Assembly (NCBI GenBank): GCA_964422035.1
Contig: CAYQZQ010000001.1
Span: 441,013 to 505,012, forward strand
Length of the DNA: 64,000 nt
Source: an uncultured Pseudomonadales bacterium
GTDB taxonomy: Bacteria; Patescibacteriota; Microgenomatia; UBA1400; Chazhemtobacteraceae
Reading direction: 5' to 3'
Shown here: in pieces, positions 55,916 to 64,000 of the stretch
Layout: each line of letters starts with the position of its first letter
Numbering within the stretch: position 1 is the stretch's first letter
The notes under the pieces: model-generated
Databases searched by the model: none
What the model was told of the DNA's origin: nothing
The model's input: the letters and a program-made list of their open reading frames with translations, nothing else
Position numbers and translations under genes: made by a program

Positions 55916-57430
55916 ATGACAGAAAGAAGACTAACACCAGATGAGATTGCTCTTTTGCCTGAGCCAACTCAGGAAGTGTTTTCATTGTTTAAAAACAAAG
56001 GTCATGAGATTTACTTAGTGGGGGCGGGGGTAAGAAATGTGTTGATGGGCAAGCGACCAGTTGATTGCGACTTTACTACTGATGCAGACCCAGACAGAAT
56101 TTTGGAGATTATGGATAAATGGGAGCCTTTTTATGATAATCCGTACGGAACCGTCGGCATCCCTGTGGAAGTGGAGGGGGAAAAAGAGGTGTATGAGATT
56201 ACCCCATTTAGAAGTGAGGAAGGGTATTCTGATAATAGAAGGCCTGATGAGGTCAATTGGGGAGTAAGTTTGAAGGAAGATGTGAAGAGACGAGACTTTA
56301 CCATGAATGCGGTTGTTTTGGGACCCAAAGAGACCGGTGAGAAAACAGAGATGAAGCTGGTTTTAATTGATCATTTGAGTGGATTGGAAGACTTTGAAGA
56401 AGGACTTATCAGAGCGGTAGGAGATGCTGATGAGAGATTTTCAGAAGATGCCTTGCGGATGATGAGGGCAATCAGATTTGCAGCTCAACTGTCTTTTGAG
56501 ATTGAGAAAGACACTTTAAAGGCTATTGAGAAAAATTCAAAACTTTTGTCAGAGATTAGTCGGGAAAGAGTGCGAGAAGAGATATTTAAGATTTTAAAGA
56601 GCAACCACCCGGCAGATGGAATGCATCTTCTGACCACCACGGGACTGATGGAGCAGACAATTCCGGAGGTTTTGGAAGCTATTGATGTGCCACAGACCGG
56701 TCATCACACCTTGGATGTATACAACCACATGCTGGAAAGTTTGCGCCACTGCCCCAGCAGCGACCCGGTAATCCGCTTGGCAGCTTTCTTGCATGATGTT
56801 GGTAAACCCAGATCACGCAAGCTGCGCTGTATTGAGTGCGGCTGGGTAATGAAGGATAAGGATCTTAAGGAGGAAGGAGAGACAGCCAAGATGACCCAGT
56901 ACCAGTGCCCAAGGTGTAGTAAGATACAGAACGAACATCAGGCGGGTAGTTTTTGGGGGCACGAAGTGATCGGAGCCAGAATGGTTGAAGAGATTGCAGA
57001 GAGACTGCGACTATCTAACAAGCAAAAAGAGAAGTTGGTAACTTTAGTGCGCTGGCACATGTTTGCATATGACCCCAAGATGACTGATGCGGCGATTAGG
57101 CGCTTTATAAGAAGAGTGGGTAAAGAAAACATTAATGACATGATGCTGCTGCGGGTAGGAGACAGAAAGGGTGGAGGCAGTAAAGCCACCAGTTGGAGAT
57201 TAAGAGAACTGCAAGAGAGAATAGGAGAGCAGCTCTATGAACCAATGGAGATTAGAGATATGGAAGTTGATGGTAAAGACGTGATGAAAATTTTAGATAT
57301 AGAACCAGGACCTAAAATTGGCCAGGTATTGGAAAAACTATTTGAAGAAGTAATTGAAGAGACAGATAAGAACAAAAGAGAGTACCTGCTTAAAAGAATT
57401 GAGGAGATTGGAGAGGAGATAAAAGACTAG
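55916..57430 (+). CDS. cca: CCA tRNA nucleotidyltransferase with HD domain
   Basis: VGAGVRN, DCDFTT, RRDFTMNA, EDALRMMRAIRF, LHDVGK. Confidence 0.9.
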   Translation: MTERRLTPDEIALLPEPTQEVFSLFKNKGHEIYLVGAGVRNVLMGKRPVDCDFTTDADPDRILEIMDKWEPFYDNPYGTVGIPVEVEGEKEVYEITPFRSEEGYSDNRRPDEVNWGVSLKEDVKRRDFTMNAVVLGPKETGEKTEMKLVLIDHLSGLEDFEEGLIRAVGDADERFSEDALRMMRAIRFAAQLSFEIEKDTLKAIEKNSKLLSEISRERVREEIFKILKSNHPADGMHLLTTTGLMEQTIPEVLEAIDVPQTGHHTLDVYNHMLESLRHCPSSDPVIRLAAFLHDVGKPRSRKLRCIECGWVMKDKDLKEEGETAKMTQYQCPRCSKIQNEHQAGSFWGHEVIGARMVEEIAERLRLSNKQKEKLVTLVRWHMFAYDPKMTDAAIRRFIRRVGKENINDMMLLRVGDRKGGGSKATSWRLRELQERIGEQLYEPMEIRDMEVDGKDVMKILDIEPGPKIGQVLEKLFEEVIEETDKNKREYLLKRIEEIGEEIKD

Positions 57431-57921
57431 TCTTTGGAGAAAAGTAGTTTCTGCAGAGCTTTATTATTTGAGCCGCTGACTGAGGTGGCTTCCAGTTTGT
57501 AGCCGGGCTGTTCGGGGCTTAGGCGAGCAAAGAGAATCTTTAGATTGCGCATCTGCTTGGTGTTGTTGGCAATATTAAGTCGATTGCCAGGCAGCAGTTC
57601 CATGTATTTTTTGGGAGAAGTACTGACCCAGATGCTCTTATCTTTGGTAGGGTTTTCTATAACTAAGTTTCTATCTTGTGGAGACAAAACTACCTGGCTA
57701 CGGGAGATTTTTTTGTCTTTAAAAAGATAGGCATAGACGTTTTTTTGGCCTTCTTTGGCTTTGAAGCATTCGTCTGTGTACTTGATGGGGGCACGTCCGA
57801 AGATAATTTTGGGAGTTTTGTCTTGGTTGTAGAAATAACTGAATTTGATTTCATTACCCGGCTCTATGTGAGGCGCCCCTTCTTTGAGCGAAGGACGCTC
57901 TGATTGGCCTTGATCTGGCAT
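57427..57921 (-). CDS. Hypothetical protein, possibly FHA-like
   Basis: IIFGR...ISRSQ pattern only; weak. Confidence 0.5.
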   Translation of the reverse strand: MPDQGQSERPSLKEGAPHIEPGNEIKFSYFYNQDKTPKIIFGRAPIKYTDECFKAKEGQKNVYAYLFKDKKISRSQVVLSPQDRNLVIENPTKDKSIWVSTSPKKYMELLPGNRLNIANNTKQMRNLKILFARLSPEQPGYKLEATSVSGSNNKALQKLLFSKD

Positions 57922-57931
57922 GATTTATTTT

Positions 57932-58375
57932 TTATTTATATTCAGACTCGATCTGGAAGATGAAGTAGATACCGATAGCTAGACTCAGGACAGGACCTAA
58001 AGATAGATTGACCATCAAGGAACCGATTGAGCTTAAGACTGAGCTCCAGAAAAGGATATCGATGGCAGCCTGTTTTTTTTCTTTTAATGGTTTGACTGCA
58101 GAAAGCATCATGAAGCCGGTGATGATGGAGATGACGGCCATGATATATAAAGCGGTTGACTTGCCAATCATTAAGGTAGGAAGAATTAAAGTACCAATGC
58201 CAAACATGGGTAGAGCACCCAAGAGGCTGAAAATACCACCGATAAGGGTAAGGATAGGAGCAACTTTGACGATAAAGTCAACCCAGGATGAAGGAAGGTC
58301 CGGTAATGATTTGTACAAGTCCTTGACTTGCTTTTTCATCTTGGAAAAGGGGGATTTTGATAAAAAGTTAAACAT
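57932..58375 (-). CDS. Hypothetical membrane protein
   Basis: Four hydrophobic segments. Confidence 0.65.
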   Translation of the reverse strand: MFNFLSKSPFSKMKKQVKDLYKSLPDLPSSWVDFIVKVAPILTLIGGIFSLLGALPMFGIGTLILPTLMIGKSTALYIMAVISIITGFMMLSAVKPLKEKKQAAIDILFWSSVLSSIGSLMVNLSLGPVLSLAIGIYFIFQIESEYK

Positions 58376-58500
58376 GGATATTGATAATTATTAGTAAATT
58401 CATGATAGCACAAAAAGGAGAAAGACAAGTTTTAGACAAAAAAATAAGACTGGATATTTTACGTCACCCGGTAATGGGTCCAGTCACGACGGCTAGGAGC

Positions 58501-58689
58501 TTAGATTATGTTGTTATTAGTTAATGTGAAAAACAGAAGTCCGAGGAGAGCTACAATCATACTGAGTTTGAAGAAAATAGTTCTTTTGATAAAACCCAGA
58601 AGGTTGAGAACAACAAAGATAAGGGATATCTCTAAACCCGAAATTAAGAGGATTATCCCCAGCTGATGTAAGTCCAAATTAGCTAACAC
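58501..58689 (-). CDS. Small two-TM membrane protein
   Basis: TAAGGAGGT SD upstream of GTG. Confidence 0.6.
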   Translation of the reverse strand: MLANLDLHQLGIILLISGLEISLIFVVLNLLGFIKRTIFFKLSMIVALLGLLFFTLTNNNII

Positions 58690-58699
58690 AATTACCTCC

Positions 58700-58912
58700 T
58701 TATTGAACGGATAGGGCTATTAGAATAAAGCTGACAATTATCATTACAAAACCAATAACAACCATCGTGTCGAGTAGAAATGATCTATGAGTGGTTCCAG
58801 TAATGGCAGAAAATATCTTGATAAAGTTACCTACCCACCCAAAGAGTATTAACCCGAAGCCGATGATAAGAGTCTGTGAGGGGTCGCTGAATAGTTTGAC
58901 AATTATGTTCAT
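58700..58912 (-). CDS. Small two-TM membrane protein
   Basis: AAAGGAGG SD upstream of ATG. Confidence 0.6.
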   Translation of the reverse strand: MNIIVKLFSDPSQTLIIGFGLILFGWVGNFIKIFSAITGTTHRSFLLDTMVVIGFVMIIVSFILIALSVQ

Positions 58913-59019
58913 GGTGCCTCCTTTGAGTTTTGGTTAAAAAGAGTAAGGGGAGTCGTTGAGGATGCGGGCACTGACTTTGAAAACTAGATTGACAGCTGGT
59001 TTAACCATTGCGAACCAGA

Positions 59020-59094
59020 TTAGGTTGATGTCAGCAGTATAAGGACTATCAATATCAAAGTCAGCAAGAGAACAATGAAGAGAAGTTTAGTCAT
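59020..59094 (-). CDS. 24-aa hydrophobic peptide (MTKLLFIVLLLTLILIVLILLTST), not in the ORF track
   Basis: GAAGGAGG-ctat-ATG; single hydrophobic helix. Confidence 0.45.
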   Translation of the reverse strand: MTKLLFIVLLLTLILIVLILLTST

Positions 59095-59213
59095 ATAGCC
59101 TCCTTCAAGGCAATTAGGCACAAATTGTGTCCAAAAATATTAAGGTACTAAGCTCAACTAACAGGTATACAGAATAGCAGTTTGAGGAAGATTTGTCAAT
59201 ATTATGGGACATT

Positions 59214-60056
59214 CTATCGGTTTTCTATCTTATCCCAGGTGACCAATAAAGGGACAGCCGTAAAGGTAGAAGAGTAAGTACCGGTTGTGGCTCCGATCAG
59301 TAAGGCCAGTGCAAACCAATGGATACTCTCCCCTCCCAGCAAAAAGAGGGCTAAAAGCATGAAGATAATAGTTAGGGAGTTGTTGACTGAACGGACAATG
59401 GTATCGGTAATAGCTTGGTTGGCGGTATTTTTAAGATCAGCAGTACCTAGTTGTCTGATGCGGTCAAAGACCACTATAGTGTCGTGGACGGAAAATGAAA
59501 GAGTGGTCAGAAGAGCAGTGACAAACAGTAAATCTGTTTTTATATTAAAGAAATGCCCCAGAAGAGAGAAAGAGCCCATTAAGATAAGGCTGTCATGAAG
59601 CATGGCTAAGACAGCGCTGACTCCAAACTTAAGACTCTTGAAGGAGTAAGCTGTGAAGATAAGAATACCAATGGCCACCAGAACAGCTGCAGTGATTGTT
59701 CTTTTAAGCATCTGACTACCCAGAGAGGGACCGACTGTCTCAAAGCCTTGCAGTTGAAGTTCTTGGTACTGATTTTCAAGTTTTTCAGTTAATTGGTCAA
59801 CCGCTTGTTGGTCTATAGGTTTAAGGCTCAGTTTAAGGATTGAGTCTTCCAGATTGAGCTTGGCGGAGGGATACTCTTGATGAACGATGTCTTGGACAGG
59901 CTGAATATTATTAGGTTGAATTTGGTATTGAAGTTTGGAACCACCGGTAAATTCAATGGAAGGATTGAAACCAAAGATAAGTAAAGAGATAATACCGGGA
60001 ATGAGGAAGAGTAGAGAGATGGAAAAGTATAGTGGTTTGTATTTCATCCAGTTCAT
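59214..60056 (-). CDS. secF: Protein translocase subunit SecF
   Basis: IEFTGG, ETVGPSLG, SVHDTIVVFDRIR, GTYSS. Confidence 0.95.
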   Translation of the reverse strand: MNWMKYKPLYFSISLLFLIPGIISLLIFGFNPSIEFTGGSKLQYQIQPNNIQPVQDIVHQEYPSAKLNLEDSILKLSLKPIDQQAVDQLTEKLENQYQELQLQGFETVGPSLGSQMLKRTITAAVLVAIGILIFTAYSFKSLKFGVSAVLAMLHDSLILMGSFSLLGHFFNIKTDLLFVTALLTTLSFSVHDTIVVFDRIRQLGTADLKNTANQAITDTIVRSVNNSLTIIFMLLALFLLGGESIHWFALALLIGATTGTYSSTFTAVPLLVTWDKIENR

Positions 60057-60062
60057 ATTAGG

Positions 60063-61427
60063 TTAGTTATGATTATTTTTAGGACCATGATAGAAAAGTC
60101 TGATTAAAGTGCGAGTGACAAAAACTCCGGTAAAAAGAGAGGTAAAGACTCCGATGGATAAAGTCAGGGCAAAACCTCTAACCGGACCGGAGGTAATTAG
60201 AAACGACCAGTTGAGAGGATTGAAAAGAATAAAGGCAGTTAGAAGAGTAGCTAGATTGGCGTCTTTGATGGCATCCATGGCTTTACCAAAGGCAAGCTCT
60301 ATAGCTACAGACCAACGGCGGTCTTTAAGGTCTTGGCGGTAGCGCTCGAAGATCAAGATGTTACTGTCAACGGCCATGCCGACGGAGAGAATAAAACCAG
60401 CTATGCCGGGCAGGGTTAAAGTGATGGGGATAAGTTTATACAAAGCCAAGGTGAGCAAGCCATAGATGATTAAGCTGATGTCAGCCAAAAGACCCAGGTA
60501 ACCGTAAAAGGCAATCATAAAAAGCATTACCAAGGCTAAGCCGATGGCACCGGCGATTAGGCTTTGTTGGATTGATACTTGCCCCAAAGTGGGGGGGACA
60601 CTTGTCTGGGAGACGATTTGGATGGGGACTGGAAGAGCACCGGCATTGAGTTGAATACTTAAATTCTTGGCTTGCTGAGTGGTAAACTGGCCGGAGATTA
60701 CAGCCTCTCCATTTTCAATAACTGATTGAACCACGGGAGCTGTAAGCAAGCGACCATCTAGATAAATTGCTAAGGGTTGATTTATATTTTCTCTAGTTAG
60801 TTGAGCAAATTTCTCTGCACCCTGTTGATTGAAAACTAGCTGCACGGCAGGATTAGCATCTTGTGTTTGAAAAGTGACGGCTGTTTTTTGTAGGTATTGT
60901 CCGGTCAAATCAGTTTTTTCAAAACCGGCAAGCTGGGGTTGAGCGGAAGGCGATGAGGGCGGGCTGAAAACAGGAGTGCGGAATTCAAGTTGGGCTGTGG
61001 TACCAATTAGCCGGGCAGCTCTGCTGGTGTCAGTTAAGCCAGGCAGCTCGGTGATGATTTGATAAGTTTGATTGGATTTTTGGGTATAGATGTTGGGCTC
61101 GGAAACACCAAAAAGATCTACCCTATCGGAGATGATTTGCCGGGTGGATGAGAGAGCATCAGGACGATTTTCTGGTGAGACCTGGCTCATGTCGGCTTGA
61201 AGGGTAAGGCGAGTACCTCCGGCCAGATCAAGACCCAGATTGGTTTTAAAATCACGCTTAAGTTGAAAATTACCTAGTTTGATATTTAAAGAAGGGCGAT
61301 TGAAGGAAAACTTGATTTTTTGGCCTAGTACTTTCTGGTCAACTTTTATCTGAGGAGGTAGATTAATAAAGATGGCAAAAGCAGTCAGCAAAACAATCAA
61401 CCAGAAACTTTTTTTAGTAGTAGGCAT
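60063..61427 (-). CDS. secD: Protein translocase subunit SecD
   Basis: LGLDLAGG, GVSEP, GALPVP, GMAVDSNILIFER. Confidence 0.95.
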   Translation of the reverse strand: MPTTKKSFWLIVLLTAFAIFINLPPQIKVDQKVLGQKIKFSFNRPSLNIKLGNFQLKRDFKTNLGLDLAGGTRLTLQADMSQVSPENRPDALSSTRQIISDRVDLFGVSEPNIYTQKSNQTYQIITELPGLTDTSRAARLIGTTAQLEFRTPVFSPPSSPSAQPQLAGFEKTDLTGQYLQKTAVTFQTQDANPAVQLVFNQQGAEKFAQLTRENINQPLAIYLDGRLLTAPVVQSVIENGEAVISGQFTTQQAKNLSIQLNAGALPVPIQIVSQTSVPPTLGQVSIQQSLIAGAIGLALVMLFMIAFYGYLGLLADISLIIYGLLTLALYKLIPITLTLPGIAGFILSVGMAVDSNILIFERYRQDLKDRRWSVAIELAFGKAMDAIKDANLATLLTAFILFNPLNWSFLITSGPVRGFALTLSIGVFTSLFTGVFVTRTLIRLFYHGPKNNHN

Positions 61428-61571
61428 TAGGATTATTATAGATTAAGAAACGAAAGAACCTTCAGAATTTTATAAGCCAGGATGGCTAATCCGGGGGGCT
61501 AGATATAAACTGCTTTGTTATTCCTTTTCCTCTGTATCGAGCTATACAGTTGAAGACAACTATTCAATGAG

Positions 61572-61751
61572 CTAAGCAGTATCGGACAGAGTCAGCTGGC
61601 GAACACCGGAGAAAGTGTAGACTATCTTGCCTTCTTCCAGTTTAGGCTTTACCTCGACTTGATCACCAGGTTTTATACCCACAGCTTTTACAAACTGGCT
61701 GGGAATGGTGACAGCCAAAGAGTTGCCGGATTGGATTACTTTTTGCTTCAT
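61572..61751 (-). CDS. AbrB/MazE/SpoVT family DNA-binding protein (59 aa, missed by the ORF track)
   Basis: MKQKVIQSGNSLAVTIPSQFVKAVGIKPGDQVEV; ATGA overlap with the upstream stop. Confidence 0.85.
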   Translation of the reverse strand: MKQKVIQSGNSLAVTIPSQFVKAVGIKPGDQVEVKPKLEEGKIVYTFSGVRQLTLSDTA

Positions 61752-62332
61752 TGGCTTACTAATTGATGTTCATCGCCTATTATCATGACGCGGGATTCCT
61801 GCAGAATGGACAGGATAAAAGGATCTCGGCGTTGTTTGCGATAGTTGAATTCGTCTTGGGTCATGACGGTGTAGTTGATGTCAACGCCTTGTTGGGCTTC
61901 GTGTTTTTGGACGATGACCTGAAGCTGGGGCATGATGACCTCACCTACTATGAGCATGTCAACATCTTGAGGATCTTTTTGCTTGCCTCTGATAAAACGG
62001 CCTGAGAGCATGACGAATTTAAGCTTGCCCAGTTTGTTTTGGTTCTTTCTAATGTCAGCACCTAGACCTGAGGTTTTGGCAACAAGAGAAAGCAGCTCTT
62101 GATAGAAGGGGTAGGAGGGTTTGAAGTGGTAGTAAAGACGATTGCCGCGCTTTTCAGATTTGACCATGCCGTTTTGGGACATGCGTTCCAGCTCGCGGCG
62201 GACAGCGTTAATCTCCTCATCGGTCTTGCGGGTTAGCTGGCGGACATAATACATTTCACCAGGGTTTGATAAAAATTGCTTTAGAAGCTTGACTCTGACC
62301 CGAGAGATCATGAAGTCTTGTAGTGATGCCAT
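61748..62332 (-). CDS. Winged-HTH plus nucleotidyltransferase-like domain protein
   Basis: YYVRQLTR...INAVRREL (HTH) and SGRF...DVDMLIVG (pol-beta NTase-like). Confidence 0.7.
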   Translation of the reverse strand: MASLQDFMISRVRVKLLKQFLSNPGEMYYVRQLTRKTDEEINAVRRELERMSQNGMVKSEKRGNRLYYHFKPSYPFYQELLSLVAKTSGLGADIRKNQNKLGKLKFVMLSGRFIRGKQKDPQDVDMLIVGEVIMPQLQVIVQKHEAQQGVDINYTVMTQDEFNYRKQRRDPFILSILQESRVMIIGDEHQLVSQ

Positions 62333-62417
62333 AGAAAGAGTTTAATGAACAGTATTTGTGCGCAGTGTAACTCTATTGTGGATAAAAATCAAGAGCCAGA
62401 TTAGAGGATAGGCAGCT

Positions 62418-63608
62418 TTAGTAATCGATGGCGTTAACATCGGGGACGATTTCTATCCAGATTTTGCCGCGGGCGAAGTCTACTTCTTCACCATCTTGAT
62501 TATAGAAGGTGGTGCGGCTGGTCTGCGATGATTTTTCCCAGGTACCTTCTATAACGCGGCCGTCCTGGAAGATGAGGGCATCATTTTCACCAATGACTTG
62601 GTAGTACATGTGTTTGTGAATATCTTGCAGGCTTTGCTCGTCGGCAAACTGGATGACGATGTTTTTGGCTCTGATTGGCTGACCGGTCTCAAGATCGGTG
62701 TGGGGCTGTCCACCTTGATAGCGAGTGTATAAAAGTGAGTTTTGGTCAAACTGCCAGCGGACATCAAAGTCAGGGGTGCCGTCCCAGAAACTGAAGGCGA
62801 TTTCTGTGACATCACCGGGCAGATCAGCTGGATCTTTAAACTGCCAGGAGGTAAAATTTTCTATCCAGGTGGTACCATCTTCCATGTTCTGGGTGTAGCC
62901 GCGCTCTTTGGCTTGCGCCCAGAGATCAGGCAGGGAGCCGACCATGGTGTGCTCTAAAGCTAAACGTTTGTCGTTACCTAGTCTATTTAGATCACGGGTT
63001 AATTCAGGAACACCGGCATCTAGTATGGTGTCGATGTCATTGCCGCCTGGTTTTCTCCAACCTAAGTCTTGAAGTTCTTCAAGAGCTTGAGCTTTGGGAT
63101 GAGAGGTGCATTGACCAGAAGCTTTGTCCATGCTGCAGTTACCTCCACCAACGTGGACAAATACAGGAGTTGAGTACTCAGCAGCGATGTCAACAAAATA
63201 CATACGAGCACTACGGACAGGTGCGATTTTTTCTATGCCGGCCATGGCGTCACAGTAGAAAACACCCATGAAACGAGTAATACCACCCTCAGCGACGGCT
63301 TCGTAAACCACATCAGCAAAAGAAAGTCCTGACTGAGGACGAGACTGAAGATGATTTTCAATCATAGCAACAATGGGTCGGCGCTGTTCCCAGGCTTGGC
63401 GCTCGGCTTTGGTAAACATAGCTCCGTTGATGGGACAAACTTGATCTTTGGGAGCTTCTGGATCGACGGAAAGTAGAGGTGAAATGTTAGACTCTCCCAT
63501 GGGAGAGTTGAGATTGGATGAAGGTTGAGTGTAAGAGAGAATGCCGTAGGTGCCGCCAGAGATTAATAGATAGACAAAAAATAAGATTAAGTAAAAACGT
63601 TGTTTCAT
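62418..63608 (-). CDS. DUF3048 domain protein
   Basis: MIENH..SRPQSGL..ADVVYE..AEGGITRF, PVRSAR. Confidence 0.88.
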   Translation of the reverse strand: MKQRFYLILFFVYLLISGGTYGILSYTQPSSNLNSPMGESNISPLLSVDPEAPKDQVCPINGAMFTKAERQAWEQRRPIVAMIENHLQSRPQSGLSFADVVYEAVAEGGITRFMGVFYCDAMAGIEKIAPVRSARMYFVDIAAEYSTPVFVHVGGGNCSMDKASGQCTSHPKAQALEELQDLGWRKPGGNDIDTILDAGVPELTRDLNRLGNDKRLALEHTMVGSLPDLWAQAKERGYTQNMEDGTTWIENFTSWQFKDPADLPGDVTEIAFSFWDGTPDFDVRWQFDQNSLLYTRYQGGQPHTDLETGQPIRAKNIVIQFADEQSLQDIHKHMYYQVIGENDALIFQDGRVIEGTWEKSSQTSRTTFYNQDGEEVDFARGKIWIEIVPDVNAIDY

Positions 63609-64000
63609 TGTTGTTGTGCTTGTTTGATAACTTTTTGTTCCTCGTCGGAGAGAACTTGATCGGGAGATTTACCTTTTTCTATGCGCTTGGAATAGATGCG
63701 AGTGGATTCCCGACTATGTAATGAGCTTATCACAAAACCATCATCATTTTCATCAAGTAAACAGAGAACGAAACTTTGATTGCCGCCAGTACTGGTGAAA
63801 GGATTGAAACGAATAAAACCGAGTTTTTTGAAGTTAAGTCTGTTTTTTTCAATTAAGTTTTTGAGTTCTTCCTTTAGATCCTCAATCCCCTGCTTGTTGT
63901 CACGGGTTTGTTTTAGCAATTGATTTAAAGAAGAGATGAGATCCTTTCTCTTGGTATCTTTGGTGAAAGACTGATAATGAAGAAGGAGGCGGACCCAGAG
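63605..64000 (-). CDS. DUF4446 family protein (5' end outside the window)
   Basis: GFIRFNPF..TGGNQSF..LLD...GFVISSLHSRE.TRIYSK...LSDEE. Confidence 0.8.
   Translation of the reverse strand, partial: LWVRLLLHYQSFTKDTKRKDLISSLNQLLKQTRDNKQGIEDLKEELKNLIEKNRLNFKKLGFIRFNPFTSTGGNQSFVLCLLDENDDGFVISSLHSRESTRIYSKRIEKGKSPDQVLSDEEQKVIKQAQQQ

Noticed and set aside
116-63721. Numerous 60-140 aa ORFs overlapping called genes on the opposite strand or in other frames (e.g. 26088-26504, 39347-39814, 58008-58394)
   Set aside because: They have no motifs or start signals and are explained as shadow ORFs of well-supported genes.

Overview
A 64-kb window that looks like a Patescibacteria (CPR, Microgenomates-like) chromosome. 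This is inferred from the shortened ProRS, AspRS and Rel proteins, the DUF3048/DUF4446/DUF2207 genes, and widespread apparently leaderless promoters. Housekeeping blocks (proS, lgt, lon, dtd, rarA, gltX, aspS, rel, recJ, cca, secDF) are interrupted by two AT-richer accessory regions, each sitting at the 3' end of a minus-strand tRNA. (1) About 0.1-18.5 kb, next to tRNA-Glu(CTC): a lipoate/sulfur-relay island. It carries tusA, a thioredoxin, yeeE, dsrE-F-H, lipA, two split lipoate-ligase pairs, an LbpA/GcvH-like carrier, DUF169 and a Trx-CcdA fusion. Its two operons share a duplicated promoter and lie beside an OmpR-type two-component system. (2) About 31.6-44.0 kb, next to tRNA-Gln(CTG): a stack of cargo segments separated by degenerate copies of the tRNA 3' end. 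The largest segment is an apparently undescribed biosynthetic-like operon (atypical TrpD, PaaK-like ligase, aldehyde dehydrogenase, RibD-type reductase, degenerate TrpRS paralogue, methyltransferase, kinase, glycosyltransferase), transcribed divergently from an intact TrpRS. No integrase, transposase, CRISPR array or rRNA was seen. All calls come from reading motifs by eye; no database searches were run.
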